Of a stretch of DNA of 64,000 bases, positions 27,888 through 36,446 are shown piece after piece (the stretch's first letter is position 1; each line of letters starts with the position of its first letter). The notes beneath the pieces were generated by a model. It was given only the letters and a program-made list of their open reading frames with translations, had not been told where the DNA came from and did no database searches. The translations under genes and the position numbers were made by a program. The stretch covers positions 111,766 through 175,765 of the forward strand of contig CAYJKF010000001.1 in NCBI GenBank assembly GCA_964370865.1, read 5' to 3'. The DNA is from an uncultured Candidatus Saccharibacteria bacterium. GTDB lineage: Bacteria; Patescibacteriota; WWE3; 2-01-FULL-39-13.

Positions 27888-28211
27888 TTAGTCTTGGATA
27901 TTAAATCCCTTTATAACAATTGTTGAGCTACTAAGATCCCAACCAACCAGACCAACTCCAAACCTTTTATATAATTCATCCTTAAACTTTTCTGTAAAGT
28001 CTTTGATGAAAGCCTCTTTATTATCGTAACCATCTTCGACATATTTATAAGTGAATCCAATTCCATTTTGGTCTTTACTACATTTTCTAACGTAAAGATT
28101 TATGAACTTATCATCACTTGCCCACTCATTTGCCAACTCTACTAATTGATTTTCATCTATGGAATCAGAAAATTTCCACAACCCTGTTGCGTAATTTGAA
28201 TATTTAACCAT
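27888..28211 (-). CDS. hypothetical small cytoplasmic protein
   Basis: 107-aa ORF with no motif. It faces 27301..27858 convergently. Confidence 0.35.
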   Translation of the reverse strand: MVKYSNYATGLWKFSDSIDENQLVELANEWASDDKFINLYVRKCSKDQNGIGFTYKYVEDGYDNKEAFIKDFTEKFKDELYKRFGVGLVGWDLSSSTIVIKGFNIQD

Positions 28212-28436
28212 TTAAAATCACCTCCTAAAAACAAAAAATCCGCTAACATAGGTTCCGCGGATTCATAAAATAAATATTAAGTTGCCTGGTAGCTCAACCT
28301 ACCCGGAACGGAAAAGAAAGGAAAGGAACCTGAATGCATAATAGCAAACTATAGGACTCTTTTCAAGAGCGGAATCGTGAAATCAATTATAAAACAAGTC
28401 CCCAATAGACCGCTCAAATACGCTATAATTACACCG

Positions 28437-29177
28437 ATGGAAATTAGAATCAACAAATACTTAGCTACGGCTGGAGTTGGAGCTAGACGAAAAGTCGAAA
28501 GAATGCTCTGGGACGGCGAAATAGAGGTCAATGGTGTCAAAGCAGTTCCTGGACAACTAATCGATGACAACGATGTGGTTACTAGGAATGGCGAAAGAAT
28601 CGTCAGAACAAATAAACTCATATATATAGCTTTAAATAAGCCTGTTGGAGTAGTTTCCACCACAAGCGATGAAAAAGGCAGGCCTACAGTTATGGATCTG
28701 ATCCCTTTCAAGGAAAGGCTTTATCCAGTCGGAAGGCTTGATCAAAATAGTACGGGACTTATTCTCCTTACAAATGACGGCGACTTGGCTTTAAGACTTA
28801 CTCATCCAAGATATCACCTACCTAAAACCTACGAGGTGACTACAAAAGAAAACATTTCTGACTATCAATTAAATAGACTTAGAAATGGGGTTTTGGTTTA
28901 TGACCAAAAAACTGACCCAGCCTTTGTAAAACTTAAGGGCCCAAATTCATTTCAAATAATTTTGCACCAAGGTCTAAAAAGGCAAATTAGAGAAATGTGT
29001 AAAAACGTAGGTCTAAACGTAAAATCTTTGCATCGTGTGCAAATCGGTCCTATTACTCTTGGCAGGATAAAGGCAGGAGAATTTAGAGAACTAAGCCCGA
29101 AAGAACTTGAAGTTCTAAGCGAAACAAAAAAGATGGAACCAGTCGACCGAAACCACCAAGAAGAAACTTCGGAATAA
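28437..29177 (+). CDS. pseudouridine synthase, RsuA/RluB family (S4 + catalytic domain)
   Basis: S4 domain IRINKYLATAGVGARRKVERMLWDGEIEVNG. Catalytic motif GRLDQNSTGLILLTNDGDLALRLTHPRY (catalytic Asp). The start is chosen at MEIRIN (28437). The ORF-track start 28377 adds 20 non-conserved residues. Confidence 0.75.
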   Translation: MEIRINKYLATAGVGARRKVERMLWDGEIEVNGVKAVPGQLIDDNDVVTRNGERIVRTNKLIYIALNKPVGVVSTTSDEKGRPTVMDLIPFKERLYPVGRLDQNSTGLILLTNDGDLALRLTHPRYHLPKTYEVTTKENISDYQLNRLRNGVLVYDQKTDPAFVKLKGPNSFQIILHQGLKRQIREMCKNVGLNVKSLHRVQIGPITLGRIKAGEFRELSPKELEVLSETKKMEPVDRNHQEETSE

Positions 29178-29217
29178 AATCTATACCGAGTTTTTCTGCT
29201 AAAATATGCATAGTTTT

Positions 29218-29291
29218 GGCGCGATAGCCAAGTGGTAAGGCAGGAGTCTGCAAAACTCCCACCGCCGGTTCGAGTCCGGCTCGCGCCTCCA
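29218..29291 (+). tRNA. tRNA-Cys (anticodon GCA), CCA encoded
   Basis: Acceptor GGCGCGA/TCGCGCC. Anticodon arm GGAGT-CTGCAAA-ACTCC (GCA). T-arm GCCGG-TTCGAGT-CCGGC. Discriminator T, CCA. Confidence 0.75.
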
Positions 29292-29295
29292 AAAA

Positions 29296-30699
29296 CTACA
29301 GATTTTCTAAAATTCCCTTTCTAACACTTAAAAATAGGATAAATAATGTAAAAATAATACCCACAATTCCATAGCCGTACGAAATCCGCATTAATGAAAG
29401 ACTAAAGTACAATCCCAATAGCACCATCGAAACACTTGAGTAAAATAAATTAAATTTTTTGGGGATCTCAAATCTATTAAATAAATAAGAAAATATAAAT
29501 GCGATTACACCAACCATTAAATAATAACTGGCAGGAGCAACCAGTAAATGAGGTTGATCCCATCTCCACAATTTATCAATCAGTGAAAATTTTTGAAAAA
29601 TAACCGCCAATAATATTACGCAATAAGAAACTAACAAAGGAATTGCAATAATGCGTGAAAGAGCCACCAAGAAAACATAACAGGCTAATAAGAAATAAAA
29701 TGGAATATCCAATAAACCAAAAAAAGCATATTCGGAATTGTGGATGTTATTCCCATAAACATACCCAATTTTTCTGTTAATTAGTTCTATAAATAATACT
29801 ATCGCTATCGTAATGAAAAAAGTTCTAATATTAATTCCTACAACAATCGTTAAAAATAAAAAAATAAAAAATATCCCGATAAAGGATAAGCTTGCAATCA
29901 CAGTGTTTTCAGGGCTAAATATCAATTTTATCGACATCAGTAATACCATTAGAATTAAAGCATTATTCTTAATTGCAGTAGTTTTTTTAAGGGTTGCTTT
30001 TGATTTATTAAAACTAAAACTTGTAGTTATTCGATAGCCTAATAGAGCAGCTAATAAATGAATAAGGTATCTGCCTGGTTGGTTAGTTTTTTCATACCGG
30101 TGAGCATCAGAAATAATAGGCGTTCTTAAAATTTTCACGACATCTTTTCCAGCTTGAGAATGAACTTTTCTCGATAAATCGATATCTTCAAAAGTAGTTA
30201 GGTCTTCTGAAAATCCTTTAACAGATTTAAAAACAGATGACTTCACTAGGATAAATCGACCTATGCCAAATCTAAAATATAGATTTACTAGATTGTGCAA
30301 CCAGACGATAAAATTACTAAACCCAATATACTTTTTAAAACTCGTATTCGCACTAATAAATTCATAGTCCTTAGAATAAAATAAGACCTGTTCAAATAAT
30401 TCAGAACTAATTTCACAATCAGAATCCAGAAAACAAATCCATTTAAATTGGGACGACTTCGCCCCGAAATTTCGCAGGACCGATTTGTTACGAGCTTTTT
30501 CGTGAACGACCCTTGCTCCTTTTCTTTTGGCGATAATTGACGTTTTATCTGTTGAACCATTATCTACAACAATAATTTCGTAAACGGTTTTTTTATTCTT
30601 ATATAATTTGTGAATAGAATCGATTGCGACACCAATTCTCTTTTCTTCATTTAATGCAGGTATAACAAAACTAATCTGCGGGGGTTTCATATGCCTCAT
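29296..30699 (-). CDS. family-2 glycosyltransferase (polyprenyl-phosphate sugar synthase-like) fused to C-terminal polytopic membrane domain
   Basis: N-terminus ISFVIPALNEEKRIGVAIDSI...EIIVVDNGSTDKTSIIA...FLDSDC (GT-A fold DxD). The C-terminal ~230 aa contain at least 6 hydrophobic helices. Confidence 0.6.
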   Translation of the reverse strand: MRHMKPPQISFVIPALNEEKRIGVAIDSIHKLYKNKKTVYEIIVVDNGSTDKTSIIAKRKGARVVHEKARNKSVLRNFGAKSSQFKWICFLDSDCEISSELFEQVLFYSKDYEFISANTSFKKYIGFSNFIVWLHNLVNLYFRFGIGRFILVKSSVFKSVKGFSEDLTTFEDIDLSRKVHSQAGKDVVKILRTPIISDAHRYEKTNQPGRYLIHLLAALLGYRITTSFSFNKSKATLKKTTAIKNNALILMVLLMSIKLIFSPENTVIASLSFIGIFFIFLFLTIVVGINIRTFFITIAIVLFIELINRKIGYVYGNNIHNSEYAFFGLLDIPFYFLLACYVFLVALSRIIAIPLLVSYCVILLAVIFQKFSLIDKLWRWDQPHLLVAPASYYLMVGVIAFIFSYLFNRFEIPKKFNLFYSSVSMVLLGLYFSLSLMRISYGYGIVGIIFTLFILFLSVRKGILENL

Positions 30700-30780
30700 C
30701 TTAGTCGAAAATGATTATCACGACAATCTTTTTGAGTGATAGAAAACCGTGTGAAACCGCCTGTCACTCTACCTCTGAAG

Positions 30781-30809
30781 TTGACAGCCTAAGTTGCCTT
30801 CTGTTATAT
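30781..30809 (+). promoter_or_regulatory. putative sigma70-type promoter of groES-groEL (TTGACA-N17-TTATAT)
   Basis: Exact -35 TTGACA (30781-30786), a 17-nt spacer, and TTATAT (30804-30809). This is only 8 nt before the groES ATG, implying a very short or leaderless 5' UTR. No CIRCE inverted repeat is present. Confidence 0.3.
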
Positions 30810-30817
30810 TTTTCTGT

Positions 30818-31111
30818 ATGAAAATAAAACCACTATCCGATAAAGTCGTCGTTAAGTTATTAGAAGCTAAAGAAATGACTTCTGGCGGAATCTATTTACC
30901 AGAGACTGGGCAAGAAGAATCACACGTCGCAGAAGTTATGGCCGTTGGAGATGGCAGGGTAATTGATAACGGAACTCTTGTAAAACCTGGCGTACAAGCT
31001 GGTCAAAAAGTAGTAATAAGAGGAAAATGGGCAGGCGATAACGTAACCGTTGATGGAGTTGAATATAAAGTAGTCGGCGAAAACGACGTACTAGCAATTT
31101 TAGAGGATTAA
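30818..31111 (+). CDS. groES: co-chaperonin GroES
   Basis: MKIKPLSDKVVVKLLEAKEMTSGGIYLPETGQEESHVAEVMAVGDGR is canonical Cpn10. The start is set at the internal ATG 30818. The ORF-track TTG start at 30794 is unlikely. Confidence 0.85.
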   Translation: MKIKPLSDKVVVKLLEAKEMTSGGIYLPETGQEESHVAEVMAVGDGRVIDNGTLVKPGVQAGQKVVIRGKWAGDNVTVDGVEYKVVGENDVLAILED

Positions 31112-31129
31112 TTAATTATAAAAAAATAC

Positions 31130-32755
31130 ATGTCAAAACAAATTTTATACAACCAAGAGGCAAGAAATAAATTAAAGAATGGCGTTGATGCTGTTGCAAA
31201 TGCAGTTGGCGCAACAATGGGACCACTCGGTAGAAATGTCGGAATCCAAAGTAAATGGGGTTCACCAAACATTACACATGACGGAGTTACCGTTGCAAAA
31301 GAAATTGAATTAAAAGATCCGTTTGAAAATATGGGAGCAAAATTAGTGCTTCAAGCAGCAACAAAAACAAATGATGTTGCTGGAGATGGAACAACTACGG
31401 CGACCGTGCTTGCTCAAGCCCTTGTCGAAGAAGGTTTAAAAAATGTAGCTGCCGGCGCGAACCCAATGTTTATAAGAAGAGGTTTAGAAAAAGCAGCAAA
31501 AAGTTTAATCGAAGAAATAAGAGCTATGGCAACTCCCATTAATGGAAAAGATGATCAAACTCAAGTTGCAACTAACTCTGCACAAGATGAACAAATCGGA
31601 GGAATTATTGCCGAGGCAATGTCAAAAGTTGGCGCTGACGGAGTAATCACTGTAGAAGAAGGAAAAAGTTTAGAGATGGAATTAAAAGTTAAAGATGGAT
31701 TAAATTTTGATAATGGATATCTCTCCCCTTACTTTGTAACTGATCCAGATAAGATGATGGCAGAAATTGAAGATGCCAGAATTTTAATCACGGATAAGAA
31801 AATTAGTAACATTCAAGATTTGGTTCCAATGCTAGAAGGTTTAGTCAAAATAACAAACAATTTAGTTATTGTCGCTGATGATGTTGAGGGACAAGCCCTT
31901 GCAACTCTTGTTGTTAACAAAATGAGGGGCACTTTGAAAGTATTAGCTGTAAAGGCTCCAGGATTTGGTGACAGAAGAAAGGCCATGTTAGAAGATATTG
32001 CAGTAGTTACAGGTGGTACTGTTATTAGTGATGATTTAGGACGTAAGTTAGATTCCGTAACCACAGAGGACCTTGGTCAAGCAGATAAAGTAATCTCCTC
32101 AAAAGAAGACACAACGATAGTTGGTGGAAAAGGAGACAAACAAGCTATCGATGCAAGAGTTGCAACAATTAGAAATGAGATGGATAAATCCACGAGTGAT
32201 TATGATAGGGAGAAATTACAAGAGAGGCTCGCTAAATTAATTGGTGGCGTTGCAATTATAAGCGTTGGAGCCGCTACCGAATCGGAAATGAAAGAGAAAA
32301 AATATAGAGTTGAAGATGCAGTAAATGCAACCCAAGCTGCAGTCGCTGAAGGAATTGTCCCTGGCGGTGGAGTTGCCTTATTAAAAGCCCGCAAACGATT
32401 GGATAATATATCCTTAGAGGGTGACGAGAAAATTGGCGCAACCATTCTATACAATGCTCTGGAAAAACCATTTAGAAAAATTGTAACCAATGCAGGTTTA
32501 GAACCAGGAATGTATATAAAAGAAATTGAAGAGAATTTAGACAAAAGCATTGGTCTTAATGTTTTAACCGGCAAACTGGAGGATATGATAAAAGCTGGAG
32601 TAATCGATCCAGCAAGAGTTACCAGAAGTGCGATCGAGAACGCAGTCAGTGTAACAATAAGTGTTATAACGACAGATGCGTTAATCGCCGATGAACCAGA
32701 AATAGAAAAAGAACATGACCACTCCGCACATGGCGGAATGGATGGCATGATGTAA
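31130..32755 (+). CDS. groL: chaperonin GroEL
   Basis: 541 aa. [34 protein letters not shown] and the C-terminal GGMDGMM tail. Confidence 0.95.
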   Translation: MSKQILYNQEARNKLKNGVDAVANAVGATMGPLGRNVGIQSKWGSPNITHDGVTVAKEIELKDPFENMGAKLVLQAATKTNDVAGDGTTTATVLAQALVEEGLKNVAAGANPMFIRRGLEKAAKSLIEEIRAMATPINGKDDQTQVATNSAQDEQIGGIIAEAMSKVGADGVITVEEGKSLEMELKVKDGLNFDNGYLSPYFVTDPDKMMAEIEDARILITDKKISNIQDLVPMLEGLVKITNNLVIVADDVEGQALATLVVNKMRGTLKVLAVKAPGFGDRRKAMLEDIAVVTGGTVISDDLGRKLDSVTTEDLGQADKVISSKEDTTIVGGKGDKQAIDARVATIRNEMDKSTSDYDREKLQERLAKLIGGVAIISVGAATESEMKEKKYRVEDAVNATQAAVAEGIVPGGGVALLKARKRLDNISLEGDEKIGATILYNALEKPFRKIVTNAGLEPGMYIKEIEENLDKSIGLNVLTGKLEDMIKAGVIDPARVTRSAIENAVSVTISVITTDALIADEPEIEKEHDHSAHGGMDGMM

Positions 32756-32775
32756 ACGCTAGAAAAGATATAAAT

Positions 32776-32797
32776 GAGGGCGCCTTCGGCGCCCTCA
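32776..32797 (+). terminator. GC-rich hairpin downstream of groEL (probable terminator)
   Basis: gagggcgcc-TTCG-ggcgccctc, a perfect 9-bp stem with a tetraloop, 20 nt after the groEL stop. The U-tract is weak (aaattctcc). It is unusually GC-rich for this genome. Confidence 0.45.
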
Positions 32798-32829
32798 AAT
32801 TCTCCCCTCTATGTTAAACTTTAGGTATT

Positions 32830-34074
32830 ATGGAGAATCCTGCCAATGAGCAATTAAACACCCAAGAAGTCAACAATTCAGAATTCGCACAGAAAGAGCC
32901 ACTTGTTTATAAAAAAACTATAAAAAAATATGCAATGATCGCGGTGAGTGGCTTATTAGGACTGGCCATAATAATTACTGCTGTCGTTATCTATATGCGT
33001 TTTATGGATAGATTTAATGTGACGGAACCAACTCCACCGGTGACACCAACACCAACTCCTGAAATACCAAAAGCAGCATCGCCATTAATCGCCTATATTA
33101 AAAATGATAAATCAATTTGGATTGTAAACACTGATGGAACTGATAAAAAAGTATTGCTCGAACTGCCTGGATCATCGGATCAGTTCTTCTCGGATCTGAC
33201 TTGGAAAAGCAAAGGGTTTCTATCTTATTCACTCTGTGACACAAATCCAAATTGTACTGTGGAGACTTATAATTTAGAGACAAAGTCTTCTGTAACAGAA
33301 ATTAATAATTCAGAAGAAGGATTTGTGGAGTCATTAACTTGGGCACCTGAAAATAAATTCATCGGGTATTTTCAATACAAAGACCAAGGATCTCAGAACC
33401 AAACGGTGGAACTAAGACTTAAGACTGGAACAACCAATACTGTTTTATCAACACATAAAACAGAAATAAAAGATATCGAACAAGTCTCAAAAGTAACTTT
33501 CTCAGAAGACGAGGATCATATAGCCTTTGGTTTTGTAGAATTAGTTGCTTCAACAAGAGGCCGGACTATTACATATACAGCAAAACCTAAAATCTTAGTA
33601 TATAGAGTAAGCGGAGTATTGTTGGATACAATCAGCGATGCCAAAGACCCGATGTTCATAGACGAAAAAACCATCGCATATCAAAAGGGAGCACAGCTCA
33701 TACATAGGGAAATTGGGACATTATCAGAAACAGCTATTACTCCAATAACAGGATTCAACTTAGATGTTTCTCCTGACAAAAGTAAGTATGCATATTGGAG
33801 CCCTACAGGTGGATTCTCAGATGCTTTATTAATTATTTTTGATGGAAACCTAAACCTTCAAAGGAATATATTAAGAGGCGTCCTATTTCCACAGTGGATA
33901 AGCAACTCTACCGTTGTTGGGATAAAAGCTGATAACTGTTTAGGTTCAAAATGTGAATTATTCGATTATCAAACCATTAGTTTAGCTACCGTTAACATCG
34001 AAACAAAACAAGCAAATCCAATTGATCAAGGTCGCACTATTAAAGATGTTGAAGTAAATTACTATGCCAATTAA
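32830..34074 (+). CDS. membrane-anchored hypothetical protein with Pro/Thr linker and beta-rich extracytoplasmic domain
   Basis: 414 aa. TM helix IAVSGLLGLAIIITAVVIYM, linker TEPTPPVTPTPTPEIP, then a repetitive beta-strand-like domain. The stop overlaps the next gene's start by 11 nt. Confidence 0.4.
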   Translation: MENPANEQLNTQEVNNSEFAQKEPLVYKKTIKKYAMIAVSGLLGLAIIITAVVIYMRFMDRFNVTEPTPPVTPTPTPEIPKAASPLIAYIKNDKSIWIVNTDGTDKKVLLELPGSSDQFFSDLTWKSKGFLSYSLCDTNPNCTVETYNLETKSSVTEINNSEEGFVESLTWAPENKFIGYFQYKDQGSQNQTVELRLKTGTTNTVLSTHKTEIKDIEQVSKVTFSEDEDHIAFGFVELVASTRGRTITYTAKPKILVYRVSGVLLDTISDAKDPMFIDEKTIAYQKGAQLIHREIGTLSETAITPITGFNLDVSPDKSKYAYWSPTGGFSDALLIIFDGNLNLQRNILRGVLFPQWISNSTVVGIKADNCLGSKCELFDYQTISLATVNIETKQANPIDQGRTIKDVEVNYYAN

Positions 34075-35746
34075 AGAAGAATCACTAGAGGCCAATGCAG
34101 GTCAAAAACACCCAGTCCCACAGAACGTCATGGATGTTGAGTTTAAAGTTGTAGGAGATTTAACATTAAGGCAAGTCATGTATATTGCATTTGGGGGAGT
34201 TACAGCATACTTTTTATATAAAACAGGTTTACCAAATTTCTGGAAATATATACTAATGGGAATAAGTTTGATTACCGGAACGACAGTTGCTTTTGTTCCA
34301 ATTCAGGAACGCGGGCTTGATAAATGGTTAGTTATATTTATTAATTCAATCGTGAATCCGACCCAAATGATATGGAGAAAGTCTGTTAATTATGCCTCTG
34401 TATCCTTTTTATCAAACTACGACCAACTTCAAATAATAAAAAACGAAATGGTCTCACTTACACCTATTAAGAATCGTAACCGACTAGAAGAATATTTGGG
34501 TATGATTGAAAACACTCAAGATTCTAATTATGACCAATTCGAGATAACCCGAATGGGAGAAATCCAAAATAACCTAAGCGCTAAATCAAACGTTAGTGTC
34601 ACAACTCGCTTTGAAGAAACTCCAACTCTAGAACCTGTAATTCCGACTATTGATAAAGCCAGAATTCCAGAGAGAACACATGAAATAATTGACGTAGAAA
34701 AGAATCCAAAAATAGCTTCTCTTCCACACCAAAATACCATTGCTGAAGACGAGCTGGAGAGTAAGAAGGAGTTATTAAATGCCCTAGCAAACATCGAGGG
34801 AGGGTATAATAAAGATGGGCCAATCGAAATCTTTACTGAACAAAAGGTTAACAGACCTATTCTAAATCTACCTGAGCTTGGATCCAATAACTTCTCCTTG
34901 AAGGGTGAAATTAAATTAAAGAATATACGTAAATTCCCAACGGTAATCGTTGCCGAAGATATAAAAGGCATAAAAGAGCACGAAGAATCTCTAGAAAAAA
35001 AAGTATCAGAATTATTAATACTCGCAAAAAAAGCTAGAGCACAGTATCAAATTAAAAGTGGAAAAGAACCTAGTTTTAATACACCTATTGTTGAGGACGT
35101 TAAAGGCAGGGTTACGCAGTTAAGAGAGGAAAAGAAAAAACTTAAATTGGAAATTGATAAAAGCACAGAACAAGTAAATCTTATAGATAATACAAACAAA
35201 AACAGAGAAACACTTCAAAACCAAATTCAGATGTTAACACATAAAAATGAGGAACTTGAAACCATACTAAAGAAAATTAACTTAGAACTTGATGAACTGA
35301 AAGGAACACCAGAATACAAGGCTTCCAAGCAAAAAGAACCTGTAGAAAAGGTTGAAACTGAAGAAACTAAAACTGAAGAAGTGTTTACACCTGAAAAACC
35401 AATTACCCCAAAACCAATCGACAACCAGGTCGATGAGTTTAAATTCAAAGCAAGGCCATCCGTCAATAGTTCGTATCAAAACACTAATATTATCGAAGGA
35501 CTTGTAAAAGACATCTCTGGTAAACTAGTAGAAGGAGCAGCGGTTATTATTAAAGACTCACAGGGAAATGTTATTAGAGCCCTAAAAACTAACCAAGTCG
35601 GACAGTTCAGAACGCAGACTTCTGTACCAAATGGCAAATATACAATTGAAGTACTAAAAGGTGGCATGAGTTTTGATATTATAATAGTTGAAGCCGTTGG
35701 AAGGCATCTGAATCCAATTTACTTAGTAGCCAAGGAGTTAAATTAA
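34064..35746 (+). CDS. PrgI/VirB3-like two-helix membrane module fused to long coiled-coil domain
   Basis: The N-terminus DLTLRQVMYIAFGGVTAYFLY plus a second helix ILMGISLITGTTVAFVPI resembles the PrgI family of Gram-positive T4SS. It is followed by ~350 aa of K/E/L heptad-rich sequence. It lies directly upstream of the VirB4-like ORFs. Confidence 0.45.
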   Translation: MPIKEESLEANAGQKHPVPQNVMDVEFKVVGDLTLRQVMYIAFGGVTAYFLYKTGLPNFWKYILMGISLITGTTVAFVPIQERGLDKWLVIFINSIVNPTQMIWRKSVNYASVSFLSNYDQLQIIKNEMVSLTPIKNRNRLEEYLGMIENTQDSNYDQFEITRMGEIQNNLSAKSNVSVTTRFEETPTLEPVIPTIDKARIPERTHEIIDVEKNPKIASLPHQNTIAEDELESKKELLNALANIEGGYNKDGPIEIFTEQKVNRPILNLPELGSNNFSLKGEIKLKNIRKFPTVIVAEDIKGIKEHEESLEKKVSELLILAKKARAQYQIKSGKEPSFNTPIVEDVKGRVTQLREEKKKLKLEIDKSTEQVNLIDNTNKNRETLQNQIQMLTHKNEELETILKKINLELDELKGTPEYKASKQKEPVEKVETEETKTEEVFTPEKPITPKPIDNQVDEFKFKARPSVNSSYQNTNIIEGLVKDISGKLVEGAAVIIKDSQGNVIRALKTNQVGQFRTQTSVPNGKYTIEVLKGGMSFDIIIVEAVGRHLNPIYLVAKELN

Positions 35747-36442
35747 ATGAATAACAATATCAAAACTACGACACAAGGTCACCTTGACATAGCAGATATA
35801 AAAAATAATATTGTAATCTTAACAAACGGAGGAGCCTGCGCAATTATAGAAACCAATGCAATTAATTTTGATTTATTATCCCTACCCGAACAAGATGCAG
35901 CGATTTCATCCTTTAGTGCGTTGCTCAATTCCCTAACTTTTCCAATGCAGATTACAATTAGATCAAAAAAAATGGACATAAGCGAGTATTTAGAAAGGAT
36001 TAAAGAAGTTGAAGATAAACAAACAAACCCCAAGATCAGAGGACAAATAATGGCATACAGAACGTTCATCAAAGACGAACTTGTTACAAAAGAGGAAGTT
36101 TTAGATAAAAATTTTTACGTCACTATTCCATACAAAACAGTTTCTCTTGGTTCAATTTCACCTATGACTTGGATAAATGACTTAATGAATTTAGATACAA
36201 AAAACAAAAGTAAAATAAATGTCGAATCCATATTACAAGAAGCTACTCCAGATCTAGCCCCGAAAATTTCGTTTATACTTAAAGAATTCTCGAGGATGGG
36301 AATAAAAGCAAGACAATTAGGAACTGGCGAATTGATTAAACTTTTCTATGATTTATATAATAGTGAGAGTGCTCAGAGCCAGAAAATGAGGACCAATATG
36401 GCAGACTTCTCGTCTGTATTAGTTGAGCCAAAATTAGGATAA
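35747..36442 (+). CDS. VirB4/PrgJ-like conjugation ATPase, N-terminal domain (separate ORF)
   Basis: 231 aa. HLDIADIKNNIVILTNGGACAIIETNAINFDLLSLPEQDAAISSFSALLNSLTFPMQI matches the N-terminal domain pattern of Gram-positive VirB4 homologs. It ends at TAA 36440-36442, 4 nt before the next ORF, which is in a different frame. Confidence 0.55.
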   Translation: MNNNIKTTTQGHLDIADIKNNIVILTNGGACAIIETNAINFDLLSLPEQDAAISSFSALLNSLTFPMQITIRSKKMDISEYLERIKEVEDKQTNPKIRGQIMAYRTFIKDELVTKEEVLDKNFYVTIPYKTVSLGSISPMTWINDLMNLDTKNKSKINVESILQEATPDLAPKISFILKEFSRMGIKARQLGTGELIKLFYDLYNSESAQSQKMRTNMADFSSVLVEPKLG

Positions 36443-36446
36443 AAAT

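Noticed and set aside
28212-28376. Hairpin AATCCGC…GCGGATT at ~28232-28258 as a terminator
   Set aside because: It lies in a divergent promoter region, upstream of both flanking genes, and has a 13-nt loop and no U-tract. It is more likely a regulatory or incidental structure than a terminator.
28349-28711. 120-aa minus-strand ORF overlapping the pseudouridine synthase gene
   Set aside because: It is antisense to a well-supported rluB/rsuA-family CDS. It is a hydrophobic low-complexity translation with no independent support.
29083-29292. 69-aa minus-strand ORF
   Set aside because: It overlaps the 3' end of the pseudouridine synthase gene and the entire tRNA-Cys. It is an artefact of the GC-rich tRNA sequence.
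30730-30775. Possible CIRCE/HrcA operator upstream of groES
   Set aside because: There is only an 8/9 inverted repeat with an 18-nt spacer (gagtgatag…ctgtcactc). It does not match TTAGCACTC-N9-GAGTGCTAA.
30794-30817. TTG start for groES proposed by the ORF track
   Set aside because: The added residues MPSVIFFC are not GroES-like. The canonical MKIKPL start at 30818 follows the predicted promoter.
32200-32748. 182-aa minus-strand ORF within groEL
   Set aside because: It is antisense to groEL. It is a Ser/Ala/Ile-rich low-complexity product typical of antisense reading of a GC-richer, highly expressed gene.
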